This document shows positions 8,194-17,175 of a stretch of DNA of 56,730 nucleotides, piece after piece. Under the pieces are notes generated by a model. It saw nothing but the letters and a program-made list of their open reading frames with translations. It ran no database searches and was not told the origin of the DNA. Origin of the DNA: Candidatus Babelota bacterium (GTDB taxonomy: Bacteria; Babelota; Babeliae; Babelales; Babelaceae); the NCBI GenBank assembly GCA_013815795.1, contig JACDFK010000001.1, forward strand, positions 1-56,730. The letters are read 5' to 3'. A program made the translations under genes and the position numbers. Numbering within the stretch: the first letter of the stretch is position 1; each line of letters begins with the position of its first letter.

Positions 8194-9231
8194 CTAAAAA
8201 ACAGTACAAAAATGAGGAAGAATATAAGGAGTTTCACGAAGGGGACTCTGTGCTTGTAAAACATTATAAATAATATCAAGTGAAAGATCTTCTGAACCTT
8301 GAGGCATAAGATCATTTACTTTACCATACACTTCTTCGCCCGGCAAAGTATTGAGTATATCACTTCTAATGGGCCAACAATGATCGCCTCCGGCAATAAG
8401 TACAATATCTAAATGACTATTGGACTGATGTAATTGAAGAATCCGGGCATAGGCATTAAAATCAAAAAAAGGCGAATAACAGTCTATTAAGCATTGAAAA
8501 AACCTATCTTTTGTCATTTTATCCCATCCCCACACTTCGGAATAGATGCTTTTACTAGAGGTGATATCAATATCCATCATTTTTAAAAAATCACCATACC
8601 TAATAAAACCCTTTTTTGCTGAACCTATTGCACAATTATACACAGTCTCTATATATTCTTTTTCTTTTTTATTATCGATCACAAGCATAAGATTTCCGTA
8701 GGTCTTATAAGCCAATTTTTTTTGATTTTTAAAGTCATCTAACAGATCCTTGAATTCTATAGATGTTCGCCACCATCCTTCTCCTTCAAAGCTCAGAAAA
8801 AGATCTTTTTGTGCTAGCTCACTCTCTTTAGAAAGCAGTATAGATACTACAGCGATATAAAGCTTTCGAACTTCTATACTTTCCGCTTGTGCTTGCTCTA
8901 AAGGCTCAGTAACATTCGATACCCACTTATCAAGCGTACATAGTATACTCCACTTACGATTTTTTATTTGATCGATAGTCGATTCTGAAAGTATATGAAT
9001 GCGCCGGTCAGTGTTTTTTTCACGATCTAACAAAGCTTTGAATGCCATTTTTAACTGTTCAAAATCTCTTTTATCTCCTACTATATGCATATCATGGAAT
9101 ACAATAAGTCTATTGTCTTTGGGCAGTTCGGCGACCGCTGTCGTAATAATGACAGCAAGCAGTGAAGTTGCATAAAGAATAAAACCTAGAAAAAAAGGAA
9201 CTGAACAACAGTAATTTATGAAAGACTCCAA
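8194..9231 (-). CDS. Hypothetical membrane-anchored protein; start uncertain
   Basis: Long ORF with one N-terminal hydrophobic helix (VPFFLGFILYATSLLAVIITTAVA). The only start is a TTG directly after a stop, with no obvious RBS. Overlapping ORF 9110..9313 in another frame could join at a T7 run. No family recognised with confidence. Confidence 0.5.
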   Translation of the reverse strand: MESFINYCCSVPFFLGFILYATSLLAVIITTAVAELPKDNRLIVFHDMHIVGDKRDFEQLKMAFKALLDREKNTDRRIHILSESTIDQIKNRKWSILCTLDKWVSNVTEPLEQAQAESIEVRKLYIAVVSILLSKESELAQKDLFLSFEGEGWWRTSIEFKDLLDDFKNQKKLAYKTYGNLMLVIDNKKEKEYIETVYNCAIGSAKKGFIRYGDFLKMMDIDITSSKSIYSEVWGWDKMTKDRFFQCLIDCYSPFFDFNAYARILQLHQSNSHLDIVLIAGGDHCWPIRSDILNTLPGEEVYGKVNDLMPQGSEDLSLDIIYNVLQAQSPLRETPYILPHFCTVF

Positions 9232-9786
9232 CTACAGGCAATAAATATACAACAGTTTTCACCATACAAAATAAAAACACATAACTTTTTAAGAATCCTT
9301 TCAATTTAATCAAAACCTAAAATGAGTTTTTTTAAAAAGCTGCTTTTCTCCAGTCCCTCATTCTCTAAAAAATCTATTATAAATTTTCATTCATATCTCT
9401 AAAAGGATTTCGCAAGTCAAAACATAAGCATTTACTCATCTGTCTGTGTCAAGCTTTTTGCAAGTGCAAGGACCCCCATCGAAATAATAAGCAGATGTAA
9501 TAAGTTTCAAACTATTTGATTATACATAAAAATCATTCAAGCAAAGACTTCGTATTCAAGTCCTAATCTGTTTACTATACATAGTATCTTATTCTTTGTT
9601 TTTCGCTAGAGCCCTTTCATGCATATCTCATACAGGAAGAACAAATAATACTTATACCTACAGAGAAGTTACAGCAGTAATTCCTTGCCAAATGTTACAA
9701 TAAAAATTACACTGAAATAAAATATTTTTTTACTAAAGCATAAATGGTCTCAAAATTTTAAAATTTCTTGTTCCTAAGATATGAGT

Positions 9787-10439
9787 TTAGTTGGAATGCC
9801 CTTTTAATCTCAATAAGCGTTTGTTGGAAACAATATCCGATAGCCCTACTGCCCCTGAATGATACCCGAAAAGAACGGTCTTCTCATAAAAATTAAATGC
9901 TGGAGAAGTAACTGGATTTTCTTGCTTTTTGGTTAATTCTACTACCTTTCTCCTGATAAAGCATCCCATAAACAAACTCTCCCTTTAGTTGAGCCCGAGA
10001 AAATCATGCTTCCCGCTGAACTAAATGCCGCTGAACAGATAGAACTAGAATGCCATTTCAACTCTATCAACTAATCTCCAGCGAGAGCATTCCATACGCA
10101 GATCACTCCCTGAGATGACCCGTAAGAAGTTTTGTTCCGTTTGGACTAAATGCTAGGGACTCGATCTCTCCCTCATCATCCTATCTGTAACAGTTGCAAC
10201 CCTGTTACAAGATCCCACAAACAAGCTGTTTTATCTTTAGATCAGGTAAAAAGGTTCTCCATGTAAAAAAGAAAATCATCGCCTTCACGGATCATCGTTA
10301 GGTGTTTTTCTTGAAATGTTTGAGGAGCGTAGTCACTTTCTTCAAGAATACGCCCTTTTTGATTCATGCAAGGAGCATACTCCATCATTGAAGCTATAAA
10401 GATACATGTACAAAAAAATAGTTTTTTATTTAAATCTAC
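9787..10439 (-). pseudogene. Decayed paralogue of the adjacent WD40 gene 10473..12056
   Basis: Minus-strand fragment VDLNKKLFFCTCIFIASMMEYAPCMNQKGRILEESDYAPQTFQEKHLTMIREGDDFLFY aligns to MMHINKNLFFCIGILLVSMVQCIKGMDEKWDIFEKSEHTTQVLLGKHLSITREGEDFVFY, but the ATG is lost. KTVLFGYHSGAVGLSDIVSNKRLLRLKGHSN aligns to QLVLFGYKDGIISLCNIEKKKCLLKLKGHNG. There are several stops and frameshifts in between. Confidence 0.6.
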
Positions 10440-10472
10440 AAAATATAATCCTACTTTTAGTCAAAAACAATT

Positions 10473-12056
10473 TTAAAGCAAGGAACAAAGACCATAATAA
10501 GGACGATAATCTATAGGATCAATCTCTCCATCAAAATCTAAATCGAGAAGGTGATCTTCAGAAAGCGGTTTATTTTGTTTTAGATCAATTGAATCAACGG
10601 GGGGAGTAAAAACGATAGTAATCGAATCCCATTTCATTACATATTCTTGAACGAAATCCGGCAATCCGTTCAATATCTCATATTCTATAGAATCCTTGAA
10701 ATTATTAACACGGAATCTCCCTTTACTTCTACCTTCGAGTGCTTTAGTAAAAAACCAAACCTGATAGGGGTTAGAGTTATTTCTTATCCAATCAGTTGCT
10801 TCACAAGAAGACAAACCCCATAAATAAGCTACCCCTTCATAAGATCCTAAGAGAATTTTTTTCCCGTCGAAACTAAAAGCCACTGAGTGAACCCCGTTGC
10901 AGTCAGCCTTTAATTTTAAAAGTTGGAGACCCGTTGAAGAATCCCATAAACGGGCTGTATCCTCCCCCCAAGAACAGGAAAGAATCGTGGTACTATCAGG
11001 GCTAAACGCTAATGATATAACCATTCCGTTATGGCCCTTTAATTTTAATAAACACTTTTTCTTTTCAATATTACATAAACTAATAATTCCATCCTTATAA
11101 CCAAAAAGAACCAGTTGACGATCCGGACTAAATGCCACTGCCGAAATAAAATCCTTCTGAGTTCCTTTTAATTTAAACCCTAATAGTTCTCTCGTTTTTG
11201 CCACATGGAATACAGATACATTACCTTCAGATGTACCAAAAAAAATTTTTGCTCCATCTAAACTAAAAACGGCTGAACAAATACGGCCCCCATTAAAATG
11301 GAAGCACAACAAGCTTTGTCCTGTTACAGCGTCCCATACACTAACTATCCCCTCCAAAGATCCGGTAACAACGGTCGATCCACATGTGCTAAATGCCACC
11401 GACTGAATTCCTCCGACGTCTCCCTCTTGGGGTTCTTCCTCTACGTGCAAAAGCTGTTCTCCCGTTGACAAACTCCACAATCGAGCTGTTGTATCATCGG
11501 AACCTGTAAGAAGAGAATCTCCATCAGGGCTAAAAATTACGCAAGGTACAGATTGTGAATGTTGATCAAACTTAAACAACTGTTGTCCTGATTCTATATT
11601 CCATACACTTACAGTTTTGTCATATGACGCCATGGCCATTTTTTCCCCATTGGGGCTAAAGGCCACTGCTTTAATCAGATCAGTATGCCCCTTAAAAGTT
11701 TTAAGATATTCGAAATTAGAATCTAAGGTATGTCCAAGCATTAAAAGCGTAATATATCGCTTAATATCAGGCGGAAGAATTTTGAAATACATAAGCGTAA
11801 GTATAGTAGCACAATTGGAATAACTAACATGAGTAACTACCACGCAATCCTTATCCAGTCCTTTTATTACTTCCTTATAAAAAACAAAATCTTCGCCTTC
11901 ACGAGTAATACTAAGGTGCTTACCCAAGAGTACTTGTGTAGTATGTTCACTTTTTTCAAAGATATCCCACTTTTCATCCATGCCTTTGATACATTGAACC
12001 ATTGAAACTAGAAGAATACCTATACAAAAAAATAAATTTTTATTTATATGCATCAT
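10473..12056 (-). CDS. Three-module WD40 protein: leader, N-module, beta-propeller, conserved C-terminal module
   Basis: Leader LFFCIGILLVSMVQCIKG. N-module ...ILPPDIKRYITLLMLGHTLDSNFEYLKTFKGH. Multiple WD40 units. C-terminal module CEATDWIRNN..QVWFFTKA...LPDFVQEYVMKWDSITIV is shared with 50577..52151 and 52310..53917. Confidence 0.85.
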   Translation of the reverse strand: MMHINKNLFFCIGILLVSMVQCIKGMDEKWDIFEKSEHTTQVLLGKHLSITREGEDFVFYKEVIKGLDKDCVVVTHVSYSNCATILTLMYFKILPPDIKRYITLLMLGHTLDSNFEYLKTFKGHTDLIKAVAFSPNGEKMAMASYDKTVSVWNIESGQQLFKFDQHSQSVPCVIFSPDGDSLLTGSDDTTARLWSLSTGEQLLHVEEEPQEGDVGGIQSVAFSTCGSTVVTGSLEGIVSVWDAVTGQSLLCFHFNGGRICSAVFSLDGAKIFFGTSEGNVSVFHVAKTRELLGFKLKGTQKDFISAVAFSPDRQLVLFGYKDGIISLCNIEKKKCLLKLKGHNGMVISLAFSPDSTTILSCSWGEDTARLWDSSTGLQLLKLKADCNGVHSVAFSFDGKKILLGSYEGVAYLWGLSSCEATDWIRNNSNPYQVWFFTKALEGRSKGRFRVNNFKDSIEYEILNGLPDFVQEYVMKWDSITIVFTPPVDSIDLKQNKPLSEDHLLDLDFDGEIDPIDYRPYYGLCSLL

Positions 12057-12062
12057 GTAACC

Positions 12063-13208
12063 TTATAAAAATGGATTATAATAATTCGATTCAATCTCTT
12101 CTACAAAAGCTTCACTATATCCCTGGGCTTGCAAAAAAGCATACGCATCTAACGCTGCCTTAATACCATTTCCCGAAGCTACACCTGCCTGCTTATACAC
12201 TTTATCAGATACATCTCCTGCAGTAAAAATCCCCGGAATACTGGTTTGCTGATCATGCGGCCCCGCTACTATATACCCTTCTTTATCGGTAGCTATCCAC
12301 CTTTTAAAGATATCTGAATTCGGGTGATGCCCAATAGCAAGAAAGACTCCATCTGTTGAAAGAGCTGTATGAGTATTTTCTCGTGTATTAACTATTTTTA
12401 CACCCGTTACAGAAGTACCATTTCCTACAATTTCTTCTACGGTGGTGTTATATAACATAGTAATCTTTTGTGACCCTTTTAAGCGGTCTTGCATTGCAGG
12501 AGCAGCTCGTAATGCAGGCCCTCTTACAAGCATAGTAACAGAATCAGCATAAGAAGTAAGATACGTAGCCTCTTCCACAGCCGAGTCACCACCTCCCACT
12601 ACTACCACTTTCTGATCTTTATAAAAAGGGGCATCACATACAGCACATGTAGAAACTCCTCCCTGGCCCCAATAGGTTTTTTCACCGGGAGTATCAAGAC
12701 TATCACTTAAAAAACGGGGCTTTGCCCCGGTTGCTATAATAACTGTCAATGCATGAATTTCCTCGCCAGATTCTGTTCTTAAAAGAAAAGGCCATTGAGA
12801 AAAATCAACCTCTACAATGGTATCACTCACGCATACTGCGCCAAATGACTCTGCCTGTTTTCTCATTCTCTCAATAAGCTCCGATCCAAGAAGCTTAGGG
12901 GCTCCCGGTAAATTTTCTACATACGAAGTTTCAGTTAACTGCCCCCCAGGATTTCTTCCTTCAAAAACTATAGTCCGTACGGCAGCTCGTGCCCCATATA
13001 AGGCCGCACTAAGGCCCGCCGGCCCTGAACCAATAACTACTATTGGAATCAGATTTTTTACCTGAGAAACCTTTTTCCTATCAAAAACTAATGGTGTATG
13101 ATGACCGCCCGTTTCTTTTGTGAAATCAATAGCCTCCAGAGGCTGTTCCAGAAGAGAGCAAAAAAAATATGAAAAAACGATTAACCAGCTATAATAGGAA
13201 CAATGCAT
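12063..13208 (-). CDS. trxB: Thioredoxin-disulfide reductase with a ~55-aa hydrophobic N-terminal extension
   Basis: FAD site VVIGSGPAGLSAALYGARA, redox centre CAVCDA, NADPH site VVVVGGGDSAVEEATYL, GD motif FTAGDV. AAGAGG upstream favours the ATG at 13208. No alternative start lies close to the FAD motif. Confidence 0.88.
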   Translation of the reverse strand: MHCSYYSWLIVFSYFFCSLLEQPLEAIDFTKETGGHHTPLVFDRKKVSQVKNLIPIVVIGSGPAGLSAALYGARAAVRTIVFEGRNPGGQLTETSYVENLPGAPKLLGSELIERMRKQAESFGAVCVSDTIVEVDFSQWPFLLRTESGEEIHALTVIIATGAKPRFLSDSLDTPGEKTYWGQGGVSTCAVCDAPFYKDQKVVVVGGGDSAVEEATYLTSYADSVTMLVRGPALRAAPAMQDRLKGSQKITMLYNTTVEEIVGNGTSVTGVKIVNTRENTHTALSTDGVFLAIGHHPNSDIFKRWIATDKEGYIVAGPHDQQTSIPGIFTAGDVSDKVYKQAGVASGNGIKAALDAYAFLQAQGYSEAFVEEIESNYYNPFL

Positions 13209-13413
13209 CACTATAACCTCTTATTTTTTTACGGGATTTTTCTTAAAGACAGTTTAATTTTTACCATACTTCAAGCGTATCATAACGCATTGGTTTGCCA
13301 AGGGCTTGTTTTTCTAAATGTAAGTCTTCAGCTCATCTAGTAGCTCTATGAAAATGCTCTATAACAAAAGAGTAGAATCTCCTAAATCATTACGGTGTGA
13401 TTACCACCTAGAG

Positions 13414-14508
13414 TTATGAATTGACAAGCACATAGTAGGTATGAGATAACCTATATTTTCTGCCTTTATTTGATAAATTTGTAATTTCTAGAAAACCATT
13501 CCTTACCCATAAAGCACACAACGCAGTACTCGTACGCGGTTTAAATCCGAAAAGTTCACCTATCTGACGGCTTGTAATAACCTCAAAAGACTCAAATAAT
13601 ACCAGAGCTTTACGTTGTCGAAGATCAAGCTGCTTGATAAGCCCGCTTTGATCTGATGAACCTTCGCAAGCGGCTCTCGTCATACGCTCTACTATGTATT
13701 CACAAGAATAAGCCATCCCCTCTAGAAAATATTCGATCCATGTGGTGATGTCTGCTTCAGCACGCCCTAAATAATAGTTATGTGATTCACCTTTATTAAG
13801 TGCTTCATAATAGGCGCCCAGATTTCGTGCATAATATTCTTCTAATGAATATATCCCCTTTAAATCATAGCCCCCAAGATGTAGAATTAACGTAGTAATG
13901 AGACGAGCCGTTCTTCCATTTCCATCATAGTAAGGATGGATAGTCGCAAACTGATAATGAGCTATTGCAGCGATAAGGGGACAGGGCAACTCATTATCTT
14001 TATTAATCCAATCGATCATAGATGACATAAGATCGTGTACATCTTGAGCTTCAGGCGGTAAATAAACAATAGCTTTGGTTTTACCATCTCTAATAACATT
14101 TTGTCCATCTCTATACTCTGTAGACTTTACCTTTGTTTTTCCATTTCCCATTAATAAAGCGTGAAGAGTCTTAATCATTTTTTCAGTCAATGGTGTGCCT
14201 GACGCAGCCCAGCACTCTACCTTCGTAAAAGCAGCATAATAACCTCTTACTTCCCGTTCATCGCGCTCTCTACCAGGAAAATGGCCTTCATGCTTTAATA
14301 CCAGTTCAACCTGATTAGAATCAAGCCTATTTCCCTCGATGGCGGTAGAATAATGAGTTGTATAAAATCGGGCGGTCTCCCTTAAAGAACTAAGAACTAG
14401 CGGCGTTAAAGGAGCATGTAAAACTTTCTCTTTTGAAGCTTCAATTCTCAAAAGGCAACTCACTATTCTGGGTGTTATTATATACTGGGGTTTAAATTTT
14501 GTCGGCAT
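13414..14508 (-). CDS. Fic-domain protein (class II architecture) with a C-terminal winged-helix-like region
   Basis: Fic motif HPYYDGNGRTAR fits HxFx(D/E)GNGRxxR with F to Y. An upstream inhibitory-helix motif S-TAI-E-G fits (S/T)xxxE(G/N). The C-terminal ~80 aa are wHTH-like (ITSRQIGELFGFKPRTSTALCALWVRNGFL). Confidence 0.88.
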   Translation of the reverse strand: MPTKFKPQYIITPRIVSCLLRIEASKEKVLHAPLTPLVLSSLRETARFYTTHYSTAIEGNRLDSNQVELVLKHEGHFPGRERDEREVRGYYAAFTKVECWAASGTPLTEKMIKTLHALLMGNGKTKVKSTEYRDGQNVIRDGKTKAIVYLPPEAQDVHDLMSSMIDWINKDNELPCPLIAAIAHYQFATIHPYYDGNGRTARLITTLILHLGGYDLKGIYSLEEYYARNLGAYYEALNKGESHNYYLGRAEADITTWIEYFLEGMAYSCEYIVERMTRAACEGSSDQSGLIKQLDLRQRKALVLFESFEVITSRQIGELFGFKPRTSTALCALWVRNGFLEITNLSNKGRKYRLSHTYYVLVNS

Positions 14509-14546
14509 AAGAATGACCCCCTATTATGTAGTGTTCTTTCTAATAG

Positions 14547-14746
14547 TATGCTGATAAAATGCCGATAAATCAAATACAGTAAGCTTTAAAATTTAACTAT
14601 TAACTCATGCATACATTATCCAGCCTGATCGATTCAAGCAATAGACATGCGTCTTCGACTCAAGTTTCTAATAATTTTTATCGGCATAATAACGGCATAT
14701 TATCGGCATATTTTCCTTTAATGATATGCCGATAATATGCCATTAA
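14547..14746. promoter_or_regulatory. Array of seven 11-bp TATGCCGATAA / TTATCGGCATA motifs in the fic upstream region
   Basis: Copies at 14547-14557 (tatgctgataa), 14558-14568 (aatgccgataa), 14678-14688 (ttatcggcata), 14689-14699 (ataacggcata), 14700-14710 (ttatcggcata), 14725-14735 (tatgccgataa) and 14736-14746 (tatgccattaa). Copies within each block abut at an exact 11-bp period. The fic start region (ttgtcggcata, 14499-14509) is an eighth related copy. Confidence 0.6.
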
Positions 14747-14899
14747 TTAAAAACGGTGTGGCTTGAATTGAGTAAATATTTAGCAGAACAGCACATAAAG
14801 CACTTTATGTGCTAACCTTTTAAAATAAAGTGTAAACAAATAAAATCTAACTAATCGTCTGCCCGACAATAAGAGTTTTTAGCACGCCCTATTTTTTTA

Positions 14900-17131
14900 T
14901 TACCTAATCCATTCTGTCCCGTTTTTAAAGATCACCCCAATGTCTCTAATCTGCTCTTCCTTAAATCTATTATCCTCTATCAAAAGCTTTTTAAGATTAA
15001 AGAGCTTTACAATTTCATGGGGAATTTCTTCCAAATTATTATTACTTATATCGAGCGATCTTAAAAAGAAAAGTTTTCCTATGTGACGAGGAACTGATAG
15101 AAGATTATTTCCCCGAAGATAGAGCCACTCAAGCATGCTAAGATCTCCAATAAATGAAGGAACTTCGGTTAAAAAATTATTACTCAAATCTAGTGATTCG
15201 AGTTCTTGAAAATACCTTATTACAGCAGGAACAGTAGTAAATTTATTTGCATGAAGATCAAGCTTTCTAAGATGGGAAAGACCGGCAAACTCATCTGGCA
15301 AAGCAATCAACCTATTATTACCTACATACAAATCTTTAAGATCAGTCAGCAAGCTAAGGCTTTTAGGCAGATCAGATAAACTATTACGGGTTACAGAAAG
15401 CATCCTGAGCGACGAAAGTGTTCCCAAGCTTTCTGGTAAAAATCTAAGAGCGTTATTATCTAAAAAAAGCTTTTCAAGATGTGTCATATTTTTGATAGCA
15501 TCAGGTATCTCTTCTAAAGAACATCCATTTAAATGCAACTCTTCAAGGTTTATATACGTACAAAGAGCAGGAGGAAATTCTTTTAAAGGATTATAGGAGA
15601 GACTTAGTGACTGAAGACCATCAAGCTTACATTCTAAAGAAATATCAGAAAACTTATTTCCCGCAAGATCTAGCCACAAAAGTTTTCTGAGTTTCGAAAG
15701 AGATGAGGGGATCGTATGTAAACTGTTATAAGCACACGAAAAATAGGTAAGTGCGGGTAAGCTTGAAACTACCGGGGGAATCTCATTAAAACTGTTAGCG
15801 TCTAATTGAAGATATGCAAGCTTTTTTAAAGTATCAAGCTCTTGTGGAAGCTCCTTAAGGTTATTATAAGAAAAATTGAGCTCCGTGAGATTTTCCAACG
15901 TACCTAGTTCCGGACAAACAGAAGCTAGCTGACTGTCAGTGCACGCGAAAATTTTTAATTGTCTTAAAAGAGCGATCTCAGGTGGAAGCTCGGTAAAGTA
16001 TACGTTGCTCAAAAATAAAATTTCAAGGGATGGTAACGTATAAAGCGCCTGAGGGAAATGGGTGAATTTAATTTTCTTAAGAGAAAAAAGTTTTAAATCT
16101 GTAAGTGCCGAGATTTCCACAGGAAGATCGGTAAGGGGATTATCCTCTAGAACCAGAAGGTGCAGATGAACAAGGTCTCTAATAGAAGAAGGAATTTCAA
16201 CAAACCTGTTCGCCGCAAGTGAAAGCTCACTTAGTTGAATCAAATGGGATATCTCTACAAATGAAGAAAGTTTATTATGAGGTACAAACAAACTTCTTAA
16301 ATGATCTGAAAGATTGACCAGAGATTGAGGCAACTCTTCCAGCTCATTATTATCTAATGCAAGCATTATCAAAGAAGAGAGCTGCCCAATAGTATCAGGA
16401 AGATGTTTTAACCGATTATTGCATGCTCGAAGAATGCTCAATTTACTCAACAATCCGATCTCCTGAGGAATCTCGGTTAAGCGATTGTTCGATACATCCA
16501 AATAGCCAAGATTACTAAGGTTACCGATTTCTGAAGGTAAACCTTCCAAATAGTTTTTTGCTAAGTGAAGCGTAGTAAGACCTCTTAAATTTCCTATAAA
16601 AGAAGGAAGTTCAGAAAGACCTGTATCGGTAAGGAAAAGCAGTTCCAAGGAAAAAAGAGATGCAAGGGCATCTATATCTACCAGTCTATTACCTGTCAAA
16701 TCAAGGGTTTTAATGCCAGAAAGATGTGCGATAACTTCCGGTACAACCGTAAACTCATTATCGCCTAACCTCAAGACTTTAAGATTTTTTAGAACCCCTA
16801 TTTCCTGAGGAAGATCACTTAACCGATTGTCTTCAAGATGAAGCTCTTTAAGATTTTCTAGAGAACCTATACTTTTAGGAAGAACCTTAAAATCATTTCT
16901 CGAAAGATCAAGCACTAAGGAAGGAACTTCCTTTAGAGTAACAATGTTGTCGAGATAGCTGACTCTCATCATTCCCAGATCCACTGACTCACTTAATCCT
17001 TGCCCCCTTAAATCTAAATGAAAATCTCCACGTGTTTCAAAAACCTTAGGCACCTGATCTCCCCTTTTTAGGGAAGGCCATGTACGATGGCCTCGCCATT
17101 GTGGTCCATATTTTCTGTAGATATATGACAT
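14900..17131 (-). CDS. Eukaryote-like leucine-rich repeat (LRR) protein, ~28 repeats of ~23 aa
   Basis: Near-continuous L-x-x-L-x-x-L-x-L-x-x-N-x-L-x-x-(L/I)P-x-x-I-G-x-L units from about residue 70 to the C-terminus. No N-terminal signal sequence. Confidence 0.9.
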   Translation of the reverse strand: MSYIYRKYGPQWRGHRTWPSLKRGDQVPKVFETRGDFHLDLRGQGLSESVDLGMMRVSYLDNIVTLKEVPSLVLDLSRNDFKVLPKSIGSLENLKELHLEDNRLSDLPQEIGVLKNLKVLRLGDNEFTVVPEVIAHLSGIKTLDLTGNRLVDIDALASLFSLELLFLTDTGLSELPSFIGNLRGLTTLHLAKNYLEGLPSEIGNLSNLGYLDVSNNRLTEIPQEIGLLSKLSILRACNNRLKHLPDTIGQLSSLIMLALDNNELEELPQSLVNLSDHLRSLFVPHNKLSSFVEISHLIQLSELSLAANRFVEIPSSIRDLVHLHLLVLEDNPLTDLPVEISALTDLKLFSLKKIKFTHFPQALYTLPSLEILFLSNVYFTELPPEIALLRQLKIFACTDSQLASVCPELGTLENLTELNFSYNNLKELPQELDTLKKLAYLQLDANSFNEIPPVVSSLPALTYFSCAYNSLHTIPSSLSKLRKLLWLDLAGNKFSDISLECKLDGLQSLSLSYNPLKEFPPALCTYINLEELHLNGCSLEEIPDAIKNMTHLEKLFLDNNALRFLPESLGTLSSLRMLSVTRNSLSDLPKSLSLLTDLKDLYVGNNRLIALPDEFAGLSHLRKLDLHANKFTTVPAVIRYFQELESLDLSNNFLTEVPSFIGDLSMLEWLYLRGNNLLSVPRHIGKLFFLRSLDISNNNLEEIPHEIVKLFNLKKLLIEDNRFKEEQIRDIGVIFKNGTEWIR

Positions 17132-17175
17132 AGAAGACTCCTATTTTTATCGTAACAGAGTTTTTAAGTCATGAG

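Noticed and set aside
14547-14746. A CRISPR array or replication-origin iterons as an explanation for the 11-bp repeats.
   Set aside because: The units are only 11 bp, abut one another without spacers, and occur in both orientations, so this is not CRISPR. No dnaA/rep gene, DnaA boxes or AT-rich unwinding element is adjacent, so an operator array is the more economical reading.
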